In this document: positions 50,901 to 64,000 of the stretch, in pieces
How the letters are laid out: the number at the start of each line of letters is the position of its first letter
How positions within the stretch are numbered: the first letter of the stretch is position 1
Assembly (NCBI RefSeq): GCF_006345805.1
Contig: NC_043000.1
Span: forward strand, 110,856,001-110,920,000
Length of the DNA: 64,000 bases
Reading direction: 5' to 3'
From: Octopus sinensis
Taxonomy: Eukaryota
The notes under the pieces: generated by a model
Told to the model about the DNA's origin: nothing
The model's input: only the letters and a program-made list of their open reading frames with translations
Databases searched by the model: none
Translations under genes and position numbers: made by a program

Positions 50901-53781
50901 AAAAATATCAAATCCTTCAATTATTTCTTCAAATTATCCACACAATAAGAGTTTTAGGAATCTGGGATTGTTGTTTGTGGGACTAGAAGATGTTTTGCAA
51001 CATTGAAAGAAGACATTTTTCTAACATTGAAAATTCAAAGAAAATTTTTGAGAAGAGGAGACAAGAATGCCTGTACCATAGTTTCTGGTAAATATATAAA
51101 ATTACAGGTATGGTAATATTAATTTCGACGTAGTCAAGGTTGTAAATATAAGGTACCAGTCATTTAATGTGGTTTCTGCTACTATAAGAAACCCCAGGTA
51201 TGGAAGTAAAAATTTAGATCTGAGGTTTTAAAAATCAAGTACCAGTTATGTATTGGGGTTGTGCCAATCAACTCTTCCCCTCCATATTTGAGACCTTGTG
51301 GTGCTCTTTTTAAAATTTTCTTAATTGTTTTTGTCATTGCCTTGAAGGAGTCTCATTAAGCAAATTGATTGCCCCCTCCCCACGGTACTTATTTTTTAAA
51401 ATCACGTACTTGTTCTTTCAGCCTCTTTGTTGCCACACTGCCAAGATTTGGGGATGGAAATAAACCAACACCATCAAGTACTCAGACACACACACACACT
51501 TCACAAAAATTATCTACCAATTGCTAATACACAGTTCTTAAACTGATCTGAAAGCTGTGTGAGTAAAACAGGAGATGGTCTGGTCTGCTAAGGAATTCGT
51601 TATATAAGATCCTATCTGGCCAGACATACATACATACATACATACAATCATGCATGCATGATTGCCTCATCTTGTCGGGTGATTGCCGTCTCACATTCAG
51701 CCTGATTGTCCTGATTTACTTCCATCCTTTCAGGTGCACAGATCCATCACCACTGGACTTCATTGAACGAAATGATAGTCCGGCACCCATAGTTGCAAAA
51801 GGTTGTTCAACAAGACTTTTGCCACTCTCTCGGTCACCAGGCTAGGTTCCACTGACCAGCATCGCAAGATGACCACAAGTTTTATGTCAGAGTATCTTTC
51901 TCCTAAAAGAGCTGCCTTCCTCACGACTTTGCCAAATGTAGCAGGAGTCTCCTCTGGCCCTTGGAAAATCTATTTAGACCATAGGCAGGACCCTGGAAGG
52001 TACTTCTGTTTCAGGTCAGAACGAATCTGAGATTAATGGTCGTTAAGGGGCAACTACACACTTCAGTTTCCAAACTTGACCCTCACCACCTGATGCAGTT
52101 TAATGTCATACCTGGGACATTATGAAGATACGTACAAATGTACATACATGCTTACATACGCACACACATACATACATACATACATACACATACATACGTA
52201 CATACATATATATACTCACACACATACATATGTATGATAAGCATTTGCACAGTTTACGGCACAGAGTTATAACAAAAGACATCTGCCCCATGTGCGGCCT
52301 AGTAAGACTGAACCTGAAAGTCTGGGACTACAAAGTGAACTTTTTAATGACATCACCATGCCTATACATATTGCACCCACATAGCCATGTCTGTGCCGGT
52401 TTAAACACAAGCCCTAACCCTGCACTTATGTTATGAATTCATCATTTTAGATCTTTTCTTCACACACTGTGAATTATGAAGGAAATGGATGCGAAGAGAG
52501 CGAAATAGTTACAACAGTGACAATGAAAATGGAGAAAAAAAAAATTCTTTAATATGGTATTTTAGCAGGTGTCTATTACTTCGTTTGAGTACAGAATGAG
52601 GCTAAGCAAAATTATAGCAAATATTGGATATAATTAAAAAAACTTACTCCAAGAATATTCCAAAAAAATTTCTTTGAAGAAGGAAAATAATTAAAAGATG
52701 CCGAGAAATCCAGTTTTGTGGGTTGCATTCATTAGAATTCAAAACTATTCTCAAAGAATGTACAAATGATAGGCTGAGATTTTTTGGAACAGTCCAAGAT
52801 CTAAGAATTATTTATCATTTTTATTCTCTGGCATTGTAATTTATGATTGTTTTCTTTTAAATATGAAGAAATGTTCTCAGAAGAAGAATGGTTCTCTCTA
52901 GAATTTACCATTCTGATATTGGTAGGTTTGCTACCATTTAATTACCACAGCCACTGACACCTTCTAATGGCAAGATAAGATTTTATACAGAATTCCTTAG
53001 CAGACCATACCATACACCTATTTTCCTCACAAAGCTTTCAGATCAGTTTAAGAGCTGTATTTATTGGCAATTACTACATCATCTTTGTGAGGTGTGTGTG
53101 TGTGTGTGTGTGTGTGTATTTCAACTGTTCTTTGAGAGACGTTTATAAAAAAAAAATGCAGTCAGTACTGTTTCTGTGAGTAGGTCTGATTTATAAGATA
53201 GCATCTCCATTCTGGTGCTGGTACCGCATAAAGGGCACCCTTTGTACCCCCTGTAAAGTGGTTGGTGTTAGGAAAGGCATCCAACCATAGAAACAAAGCC
53301 AAAACAGACAATGGAACTTGGTGTGGCTCTCCAGCCCTGCCAGCTCCTGTCAAGCTGTCCAACCCATGCCAGCATGGAAAACGGATGATGTTAGATAATA
53401 ATGATGATGATGATGATGCTTCTTGATTACATGTTTTATTGGTAATATTTTACTTTCAGCTTGTTTTAGTCATTAGACTGCAGCCATGCTGGGGCAATGG
53501 ATATTAGTCGAGCAAATTGACCCCTAGTACTTGTGTTTTTTTTTGTTTATTTTAATTTTTAAAAAAAAGTTTGATACTTAGTCTATCATATCTTTTGCCA
53601 AATCACTAAGTTATGGAGACATAAACAAACCAACACCGTTTGGCAAAGTTGACTTTGGCAGGATTTGAACCCCAAGTGCTGAGTGTTGGAACAAATACCA
53701 TGAGGCATTCTATCTGGCTGTCTAATGACTCTGCCAAAAATAACCATTAGCTTGTTATGATCTTTTAGCTTCTACTTATTT

Positions 53782-54006
53782 CTTTACTACCCACAAGGGG
53801 CTAAACACAGAGCGGACAAAAAAGGACAGACAAATGGATTAAGTCGATTATATCGACCCCAGTGCGTAACTGGTACTTAATTTATCGACTCCGAAAAGAT
53901 GAAAGGCAAAGTTGACCTCAGCGGAATTTGAACTCAGAACATAACAGCAGGCGAAATACGGCTACGCATTTCACCCGGCGTGCTTACGTTTCTGCCAGCT
54001 CGCCGC
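53782..54006 (-). mobile_element. tRNA-derived SINE, family A
   Basis: Reverse-complement match to 533-761. Confidence 0.85.
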
Positions 54007-54577
54007 CTCTTTTGGCTTCTACTTGTTACAGTCATCAGATTGTGGCCATCCTGGGGTCTCACTTTGAAAATTTAGTTCTTATTCTGTTGATCCCTTTTAC
54101 TGAACCACTAATTCATGGGGACGTAAACGAACCAACAAGTGGTTGGAGGAGGGAAACCCACTCACAAGGCTTTGGTAGGCTTGGGGCTATAGTAGAAGAT
54201 GCTTGCGCAAGGTGCTGTGCAGTGGGACTGAACCCAAGACAACATGGTTGGGAAGTGTGCTCCCTAACTGCACAGCCATGCCCAGATCTATGTTGTCGAA
54301 TAGGCATTGGCGCTAAAGACATAAGCACTAAAATTCTGACGAATAAAATTATGAATGATTTTAAGCTGGGTTCAACAACTTCTTGAAATGAACTTTAAGA
54401 AACAAAACAAACCAGAAGAAGAAGAAGAGTGTGGGCGTGGTGGTGGTGGGGTGGGTAATTTGGTGGGTTGGGTGAGATTGTATGGTTGTGAATGTCTGTG
54501 GAAAGTAATATTTCTGACTCATTGTGGAAGGAAAAGCTGTTATGTGAAGAATGGAATAACCAATGTGAACTGTTTAC

Positions 54578-54633
54578 CTTTTGAGAATGTAGGACAGACG
54601 TCTTCTATGATTTCTCTGGGATATGGTGACTTG
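54578..54633 (-). CDS. Candidate 56-nt internal exon (KSPYPREIIEDVCPTFSK or QVTISQRNHRRRLSYILK)
   Basis: Acceptor ctttttatattctcctccgtcag and donor AAG|gtaaac; two of three frames open; no recognised homology. Confidence 0.25.
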
Positions 54634-55603
54634 CTGACGGAGGAGAATATAAAAAGATTAATCTACCAACAATGTAGTTATTTTCTGTGCAAGGAAATTA
54701 TTTTCAACTAAGAAAATAAAAAAACAGAATAAATGTGCCATTATTCTGCTATAAATTCCTTGTTATGAAGAATATGGAAGAACCTGAGAAATTACTTCCT
54801 CTTGCTAATATTTTACATACGTGTGTGTGTGTGTTTATGTGTGTCAGTGTGCATGTGTTTGCATGTGTGTATGTTTTTATTTGTTTGTTTGTATGTGTGT
54901 GTGTGTGTGTGTGTGTGTTTGTTTGTTTTGTGTGTTGGTGTGTGTGTGGGATGGTTTTTTAATGGGGCAAATGTTTTAACAGCTGGATGTCCTTCTCTCT
55001 GCTCATGACTCAATTATAGAACAGCAGTGGAACCATTTGCCAGACAAACAAACTGAGGTAAATATAGTGATGTGACCAATGCTACGAGTAGCACATTTGT
55101 TGTTGCTTAGGCCCAAGTCATCATACACTTAGCATATTTATAATCAAAAATATTCCAGCCATGGCCATCAGCACTTTTTTTAAAGTTATTGTTTTTATTT
55201 TTTATCTTTTACTTGCTTCAATCATTAGACTGTGGCCATGCTGGAGCACTGTCTTGAAGGGGTTTAGTCTGGTACTTATTCTGTCAATCACTTTTGCTAA
55301 ACTGCCAGTTCATAGGGACATAAACAAACCAACACAAGTTGTCAAGTGGTGATGGGTGGGGTCGGGCACAAACACACACAAATATAAAGGAAAATTTTGT
55401 GACAGGCTTCCACACAGTTCTTCCCTTTCAAAATTCCCTTACAAGGCATTGAACTTTCTGGGGTTTTAGTAGAAGGCACCTGTCCCGGTGTGGTGCAGAA
55501 GGACTGAACATGAAGCAACAGAATTACAAAATAAGGTTCGAAACCACACAATGTTTCTTTTTGTCTGAATTTCTAAGATGGGGGAATTGGAGCCATGCAA
55601 ACA

Positions 55604-56470
55604 GCACCCAGGGCTGCTGCAATGTAAAAGGCACCAGGGCTGATGCCATGTAAAAGGCACCAGGGCTGATACTATATGAAAGGCACCAGGGCTGCTGTCA
55701 TGTAAAAACACCAGGGCTGATGCTACATAAAAGGCACCAGGGCTACTACCACATAAAAAGGCACCGGGGCTGCTTCCACATAAGAGGCACCAGGGCTGCT
55801 ACCATGTAAAAGGCACCGGGGCTGATACTACATGAAAGGTACAAGGGCTGATGCTACATAAAAAACACCAGGGCTGTTACCACATAAAAGGCACCAGGGC
55901 TGTTACCACATAAAAGACACCAGGGCTACTGCCATATAAAAAGGCACCAGAGCTGATGCGATGTAAAAAGCACCAGTGCTGCTACCATGTAAAAGGCACC
56001 AGGGCTGATGCTACATGAAAGGTACCAGGGCTGATGTTATATAAAAGGCACCAGGGCTGCTGTCACGTAAAAACGCCAGGGCTGATGCTACATAAAAGGC
56101 ACTAGGGCTACTACCACATAAAAAGGCACCGGGGCTGCTTCCACGTAAGAGGCACCAGGGCTGCTACCATGTAAAAGGCACCGGAGCTGATACTACATGA
56201 AAGGTACAAGGGCTGATGCTACATAAAAAACACCAGGGCTGTTACCACATAAAAGACACCAGGGCTACTGCCATATAAAAAGGCACCAGAGCTGATGCTA
56301 TGTAAAAAGCACCAGTGCTGCTACCATGTAAAAGGCACCAGTGCTGCTACCATGTAAAAGGCACCAGGGCTGATGCTACATGAAAGGTACCAGGCCTGAT
56401 GCTACATGAAAGGTGCCAGGACTGCTACCACATAAAAGGCACCAAGGCTGATGCCATGTAAAGGGCACTG
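55604..56470 (+). repeat. ~26-bp minisatellite (about 33 units) with an ~365-bp higher-order duplication, fused to an RTE 3' UTR
   Basis: Unit approximately CACCAGGGCTG(A/C)T(G/A)C(T/C)A(C/T)(A/G)TAAAAGG. The variant order starting at 55684 recurs from 56049. Confidence 0.92.
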
Positions 56471-56863
56471 GTGTTAATAGTATGTAAACAGCATCAGTGC
56501 TATTGCCACTCTGAAAAGTCGTTGGTGTTAGAAAGGACATCCGGCTGTAGAAACCAGGCCAAAACAGACAGTTGAAGCCTGGTGCAGTTCCCGGCCTTGC
56601 AGCTCCTGTCAAATCATCCAACTCATGCCAGCATGGAGAATGGACGTTAAATGATGATGATGAGGATTAATAATGGATCTATCCATTCGTAGTATGTTCC
56701 AGCAGATATAAATATGATTATCCCGATCATTATTGTCCAAGGTGCTGTGTAGTGGGACTGAACCCAAAACTATTTGGTTGTGAAGTGAACTTCTTAACTG
56801 CACAGCCATGTACAGGCTTTGTGCCTATTGTCAACCTATCATGATGGTAATGGTTTCAAATAA

Positions 56864-57214
56864 GGCGACGAGCTGGCAGAATTGTTAGCAAGCTGACGAA
56901 ATGCTTAGCGAGGATTTCTCCTGTCGCAACATTCTGAGTTCAAATTCCGCCGAGGTTGACCTTTCCTTTCATCCTTTAAAGAAAGGCGGTGAGCTGGCAG
57001 AACCGTTAGCATGCCAGGCAAAATGCATAGCCATATTTCGTCTACCGTTATGTTCTGAGTTCAAGTTCCGCTGAGGTCAACTTTGCCTTTCATCCTTTCG
57101 GGATCGATAAATTAAGTACCAGTTATGCACTGGGGTCGATGTAATTGACTTGATCCGTTTGTCTGTTCTTGTTTGGCCCCTCTATGTTTAGCCTCTTGTG
57201 GGTAATAAAGAAAT
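56864..57214 (+). mobile_element. Head-to-tail pair of family A SINEs (partial plus full)
   Basis: Two GGCG..GAGCTGGCAGAA heads, at 56864 and about 56985. Confidence 0.8.
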
Positions 57215-57803
57215 AGGTGCTGGTTTCAAATTTTGGCACAAGGCCAGCAATTTGAAAGGAGGGGTAAGTCGTTTGCATCAATCCCAGTACTCAACTGGTA
57301 CTTATTTTATCGACCCTGAAAGGATGGAAAGTAAAAGTTAACCACGGCAGAATCTGAACTCAGAACATTAAGACTGACGAAATGCCTCAAAGCATTTCGC
57401 CCGGCGTCTTAACGATTCTGCCGACTCACCACTTTCTTCATTATAATGTCGTTAAAAAATCTTGAATCAGTTAATTTCTATTTACAGATGTCATTTAATT
57501 AAATATTTTTTGTGATCTTTCAGATAAAATGATTTATAATTTTTATCTGATGTTTGTGAAACCTCACAGAAAATAGAACAAAGGAACCAACATTTCTTTT
57601 TCTGTTTTTGTACATTTGGTTTTTCATTCTGTTTAATTTCCATTATTAATGTAAACTGTCGACTCCATTATGTTGGATCTGCGAGTAATTAGTTTTTCTC
57701 GTTTGTTTATCTTCCCAATCCACTTTTGAAGTTTGTATTGTTATTTTTGGAACTGTTTCCTTGTTTATTCTATTAACCCTTCACTTCCTGGGTCTGTTTA
57801 ATC

Positions 57804-58354
57804 CAGAGTTTCTCAACCGGTGGTCCATATGGCTCTGGAAAAGGGAAGGGGTCCATATAAGATTTTGTTGTTAAAAAATTTCATCTTTGTTTATATCTTT
57901 AATAGAACACCATTTTCGAGCATGGCCGTTGCCAGTACCGCCAGACTGGCCCTCGTGCCGATGGCACTTTAAAAGCACCCACTACACTCTCGGAGTGGTT
58001 GGCGTTAGGAAGGGCATCCGGCTGTAGAAACTCTGCCAGATCAGATTGGAGCGTGGCGCAGCCATCTGGTTCGCCAGTCCTCAGTCAAATCGTCCAAACC
58101 ATGCTAGCATGGAGGGTGGACGTTAAACGATGATGATGATGATGATGTTTAACGTCCACTTTCCATGCTGGCATGGTTTGCAGTAAACTGGTTAAATGCA
58201 CAAAATATTTAAACAACTGTTTTTTATACAATTTCTAATATTTAATCATAAAAATATAATAAGAGTCTTTAGACATCAAATGAACATGAAGGTCACCCCC
58301 ACCTCTTCAGTGAAATAGGGATCAAAGGGTTCCTTAGTTGGACGGAAAGCACTG
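57804..58354. mobile_element. hAT MITE with a nested RTE 3' end
   Basis: Ends CAGAGTTTCTC...GAAAGCACTG; perfect TSD GTTTAATC on both sides; interrupted at about 57905-58180. Confidence 0.85.
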
Positions 58355-58611
58355 GTTTAATCACTGACTGGCCTGGGGACCCCACAGCAATAACACTTTT
58401 AGTACCTTATAAAAACACAAACTATTTAATGCAGTTGTTGTTGACTTAAGGAATAGCAAGGGGCTGTGTGTACCCTTTGTGTGCTCACAAGGGGACAGCA
58501 AATGTTAATCAGAAAAATTTCAAGGGATACTTATAGGGAGCAGTGGATGTTCAGAGAGGCTTTGTGATTTTTTTTGTAAAAATAAAAATATTTCAACCAT
58601 ATCGTTTATCT

Positions 58612-58972
58612 TTTACGTGTTTCAGTCATTAGACTGTGGCCATGCTGGGGCACTGCCTTGAGTTTTTAGCTGAATGAGAACCCTTTTTTTTAAAGCCTGG
58701 TACTTATTCTGTCAGTCTCTTTTGCTGAACTGCTAAGTTATGAGAATGTAAACAAACCAATACTTGTCAAGCAGTGATGGGGGACAGACACAAATACAAG
58801 CACACACACACACACACATATACAGGAGGCTTCTTTCAGTTTCCATATACCAGATCCATTCAGAAGGCTTTGGTCGGCCCAAGGCTATAGTAGAAAACAA
58901 TTGCCATGCAGTGGGACTGATCATGGAACCTTGTGGTTGGGAAGCAAACTTCTTACCACACAACCACATATG
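58612..58972 (-). mobile_element. SINE family B
   Basis: Reverse-complement match with internal (CA)n. Confidence 0.8.
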
Positions 58973-59644
58973 TGTCTGTATTTATGTTTTGGCCCATACC
59001 AAGTGCTGCCTCACTGGCACCCATGCACGTAGCACATAAAAAGCACCATTCAAGTGTGACCAATGCCAGTGCCACCTGACTGGCACCCATGCGGATGGCA
59101 CATAAAAAGCACCCACTACACTCTTGGAGTGGTTGGCGTTAGGAAAGGCATCCAGCTGTAGAAACCTTGCCAAATCAGATTGGAACCTGGTGCAGCTTTC
59201 TGGCTTCCCAGACCCTGGTCGAACCGTCCAACCCATGCCAGCATGGAAAATGGATGACGACGATGATGATGATTAAAAATATGAGTAAAACCTTCTGTCG
59301 GCGTTAGGGATTAGAAACATGATTGATGAGGCATTGAGGTCTAATGGAGTTTCCTTGTGTAAGCCCTCACCATCTTCAATAATCTCTCTTTTACTAGTTT
59401 CAATCCTTGAACTGTGGCTATGCTAGGGCACCACCTTGAAGGGTTTTAGTCAAATATATCAGCCCCAGTCCTTGTCTTTTTTTTAAAGCCTCTTATTCCA
59501 GTAGTCTCTATTGTCAATGCCTAGTTATGGAGATGTAAACAAACTAACACTGGTTGTCAAAAGAGGGCTGGGGGTGGGGGCAGGCAAACACAGACACACA
59601 TATATAGGATGGGTTTTCACCCAGTTTGTCTCTCTTTTTCTCTT

Positions 59645-60033
59645 TTTACTTGTTTCAGTCATTTGGCTGTGGCCATGCTGGAGCACCGCCTTTAGTCAAG
59701 CAAATCGATCCCAGGACTTATTCTTTGTAAGCCTTGTACTTATTCTATCAGTCTCTTTTGCCGAACCGCTAAGTTACGGGGACCTAAACACATCACCATC
59801 AGTTCTCAAGCGATTTTGGGGGGACAAAGGCAGACACACAAACATATACATACACATACAAATATACATATGTACGATGGGCTTCTCTCAGTTTCCGTCT
59901 ACCAAATCCACTCACAAGGCTTTGGTCGGCCCGAGGCTATAGTAGAAGACACTTGCCCAAGGTGCCATGCAGTGGGACTGAATCTGAAACCATGTGGTTG
60001 GTAAACAAGCTATTTACCACACAGCCACTCCTG
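59645..60033 (-). mobile_element. SINE family B
   Basis: Reverse-complement match. Many 5'-half copies also occur, for example near 14745, 19770, 23305, 23835, 25725, 26545, 41235, 43650, 61865 and 62475. Confidence 0.8.
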
Positions 60034-62783
60034 CACCTACAAATTTGTCTATCAAATTTACTTACAAATCATTGGTTGAGGCTATGGCAGAAGACATTTG
60101 CCCCAAGGTGCCATGCTGTAGGATTGAACTTAAAACTGAGTAGCTGCAGAACAACTTTCATAACCATACAACCATGCCTGTGCTTATAATTTCTGTAAGA
60201 ATTTAACAAAGGAGACACTATTAACATCATCATAAACATTATCATTTAACGTTTGTTTTTCATGTTGGACGGTTTGACAAGAATTTGACAGTTTGACAGT
60301 GAGATTTGAACTCAGCAAAATGATTGAAATCTCGCTAAGCATTTTACCTGGGGTGCTAACGAATCTGTTCGTTCACCACCTTATATCTGCCTTATAACAT
60401 TACTTGTTTGTGGCCCCTATACTATCCACTGTAATCCCTCCTTCTAACCCTGCGCTATTCTCTGTGTGTTCCCTCCTATATTATTCTCATGTATATCTGT
60501 CTTATGTGGAGGCATGTGGCTTAGTGGTTAGGGTGTCAGCATCATGATCGTAAGATTATGGTTTCGATTCCTGGACCAGGTGACGCGTTGTATTCTTGAG
60601 CAAGACACTTCATTTCACGTTGCTCCAGTCCACTCAGCTGGCAAAAAACGCTGCGGTGGTCTGGTGACCCATCCAGCTGGGAACACATACACCATAGAAA
60701 CCGGGAAACCGGGCCCATGAGCCTGGCTAGGCTTTAAAAGGGCGCATTTATTTATTTATTTTATATCTATCTTACCCTATATTATTATTTTACACCCCTG
60801 ATATCATCCCCTGCATGTCTTTCTCTCTCTGTATAATAGTATTCCCTACATGTCCTCTGCTCCCCTCATAATGTCCCCTAAACAATCCCCTTCATTTCAA
60901 ACATCATTACTTCACTCTCCCAACAATGGATCCTTCCTCTGTTCACCTGCTCATCCACTCATTAATGGCACTCATTAAATTATTTTTACCAAATTATTGT
61001 TCTTCATATTGTTGCATTGTTATTGTAGATGTTGCTGCTGTTGTTGTTGTTGTTGTTGTTGTTGTGGCTGCTGTTGTTTTATTGTTGTTGCTCTTTTTAA
61101 ATTTGCTTTTGTTGTTCCTGCTGCTGCCGCTGCTATTGTTATTTATTGTTACACATTTCTATTAGAATTCTAAAAACGGACAAATCTGGTTTCTTTTTAT
61201 AAGCTTTTCTAATCTCCTTTCTCTCTCTCTCTCTCTCCCTCTGTCTCTCTCTCTCTCACACTCTCTCCTCCTCTCTCATACACTATTACCCTGTCTACCT
61301 CACTGTCTGACTGACTCCATCCATATCAACTTACCACTCTCCCTTCCACCCCCAACTCTGTCATTGTTTTTCTCTCCCTCTCTTTCACTCCCTCTCATCC
61401 TCCTCTCTCTCTCGTCCTTCTCTTCCCTCTTCATCCCACCCCCCTTCTCACCTTCCACATCTGCAAGCTGCTGGTATTTATTTATTTATCACCCCCCTCC
61501 ATTATGTTTGACCTGCAGCATGCAAACATAATGGCTACACAAGATATCTGATGTCCCTAAAGTGGAGTCAACGGCAATATTTAGCTGCGATTCTTCAGAT
61601 TTGCTTACATTTTACATCCAACGCAACAATCAAGGTTCCTCACAAAATACAACTGACATTTACTGAAGCTGGAACTCCCCCCACCACCACTGCCTGACAG
61701 TTGTTCAAAATGCTAAAAATAGTCACCAAATGTCCCTTAGACAACAACCTACTGCACTGTTATGCTTTCACTCTTCCTCCATCCATGGCACACCAGACGA
61801 GATGCTGGAGCCATTATGGCACATCTGCAGGTTTGGGAAAGTTTTGTTATGTAGATATATTAGACACAGGCATGGCTGGGTTGGTAATAAGCTCACTTTA
61901 CAAGCACCTGGTTTTGAGTTCAATCCCCCCAGTGTAGAAACTTGAGCAAATGTCTTCTACTATAGCCCTAGGACAACCAAAGCCCTGTGAGTGGATTTGG
62001 TAGACAGAAACTGTGTGGAATCTGTCTATCTGTCTGTCTAGATGAGGATGATATCATCATCATCATCATTTAACGTCCACTTTTCATGGGTTGGATGATT
62101 TGACTGAGGACTGGCGAACCAGATGGCTGCACCAGGCTCCAATATTGATCTGGCAGAGTTTCTACAGCTGGATGCCCTTCCTAACGCCAACCACTCTGAG
62201 AGTATAGTGGGTGCTTTTACGTGCCACCAGCACGAGGGCCAGTCTGGCAGTACTGGCAACAGCCACGCTCAAATGTTTTGTTCACGTGCCAGTAAGGCGA
62301 CGCAGGTAATAATTACACTCAAATGGTACCTTTTACGTGCCATGGCATGGAAGCCAGACAGCTGCTGTGGCACGGGTGCCAGTCATCGAATTTGGTTCAA
62401 TTTCGATTTCACTTGCCTCAACAGGTCTTCGCAAGCAGAGTTTTGTGTCCATATATATATATATATATAAGTTCAGGCATGGCTGTGTCGTAAGAAGCTT
62501 GCTTCCAACCACATGGCTCCAGGTTCAATCTCACTGCATGGCACCTTGGGCAAGTGTCTTTTACTATAGCCTTGGGCTAACCAAAGTGTTGTGAGTGGAT
62601 TTGGTAGTTGGAAACTGAAAGAAACTCATCATACTCACACACACATATAAAAGAAATAATTTGAGATTCAATTGAATTAGAGGCACTACTGAAATTAAGG
62701 CACCAACCCAGTCCAGCTTGAGGTAAGGTGAATAAAAATCAAATAAGCAACAAGGATACCTGGACACCCTGGTCACCTATCTG

Positions 62784-62826
<43 letters not shown>

Positions 62827-63053
62827 TCATCATCATCATTATCGTTTAACGTCCGTTTTCCATGCTAGCACGGATTGGATGGTTCGACCGGGGTCTGGGA
62901 AGCCAGGAGGCTGCACTAGGCTCCAGTCTGATCTGGCAGTGTTTCTACAGCTTGATGCCCTTCCTAACACCAACCACTCCGTGAGTGTAGTGGGTGCTTT
63001 TTATGTGCCACCGGCACAGGTGCCAGACGATACTATACTATACATACACACGT

Positions 63054-63089
<36 letters not shown>

Positions 63090-64000
63090 GAAAGAAAATG
63101 AGACAGATGTCAAAGGAATAAACAATTATCTAATGAAATTCACATGGCTGACAGCTGTTTCTGCTATCTGATGCTGTGGACTCATAGTTGAGTGTATGTA
63201 TGGCTTCATTGCAGCCTTGATATATCTGTGTGTGTGTGTATGTATGCATATGTGTTTGTGTGTGTGCCTCTTTGTCTCGATATTGTGTGATAGTGTCAAC
63301 ATAATAGAAGCAGTGTTTGTTATCTCTGACCTTCTGTGAAAAATACGTGTAGTTATGGGGGAAATATTAGCTTGCTTGGTAAGAGGTGAGGTTTGTGACA
63401 GGAAGAGCAGCCAGCTGTAGAAAATTTGCCTCAATGAATTCCATCCAACCCTTGCCACCATATAAAAGTGAATGTTTAAAAGAACGATGGTGACAATGAT
63501 GGCTTTGTGCATAAAGTATGAAAAATGCATTAAATATGGTGGTTATGTGTGTTTTAACCTTTAAGTATAAATAATCCAAACTGCAGAAAATTCTAATAAA
63601 TACGTGCTACATCTTTAGTCCATAAATGAAACTTAATTATCAAAGAGAAATCGAGCTTGATTTTTTCTTTTTGGTTCTGTTTTCAATGTTCAGACATATT
63701 TCAGGTAAATATACACCTGTTTCATCTTTTACAAATTATTGTTGTATTGTGTTAGAAGTTGAGGTTTTTCTGGTTTTGCTTTTTTTTTTCCATTTTTTTT
63801 GTGAGATAAATTTATCTGTGCACTGTATCTAACTACTCTTTAGCAAACAACCAGTGTACTGTGACTTTCTGTTCAAGAACAACTGCAGCAGGGTGTGGAT
63901 TTGAGGGCGATTTGGTTGTTGTATTTAGCTGGTTGAGCAACTGTACATTTTATTTTCTCACTGATGAATCATTTTATCAAGATTTCTGGGATCATAGAGA

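Noticed and set aside
55604-56470. CRISPR-like array (constant part plus variable part)
   Set aside because: The variable parts are only ~9 nt and related to each other, the array has internal higher-order duplication, there are no cas genes, and the context is eukaryotic; it is a minisatellite.
63704-63714. 11-nt plus-strand microexon (ttcag|ACATATTTCAG|gtaaat)
   Set aside because: Splice-like signals alone, frame-shifting length, and no supporting neighbouring exons.

Overview
AT-rich, repeat-saturated eukaryotic non-coding DNA with no long protein-coding ORF and no tRNA, rRNA or CRISPR locus. The SINE, LINE and microsatellite complement resembles a cephalopod (Octopus-like) genome; this is inference. 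The window looks like a gene desert or very large intron. It contains three tRNA-derived SINE families, about 25 5'-truncated RTE-LINE 3' ends with (GAT)n tails, RTE/CR1/L1-like ORF2 relics, a broken mariner transposase, a MULE transposase relic, three hAT-type MITEs with 8-bp TSDs, several minisatellites and very large (TA/TG/CA)n arrays. Almost all long ORFs in the supplied track are translations of microsatellites or repeats. The most notable result is a set of type I hammerhead ribozyme (HHR) motifs. Two near-canonical minus-strand copies (37580-37670 and 39036-39126) lie in tandem 1456 nt apart in a 3.5-kb TA-rich array; each has an 8-nt palindromic helix III suited to dimeric cleavage. 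Three further, sequence-unrelated HHR-like motifs occur at 3828-3888, 33593-33637 and 43532-43565. Together these suggest several Penelope-like or retrozyme-type elements. A dense E-box/TGACA cluster at 42121-42227 is a candidate enhancer. A few possible host exons are listed with low confidence.
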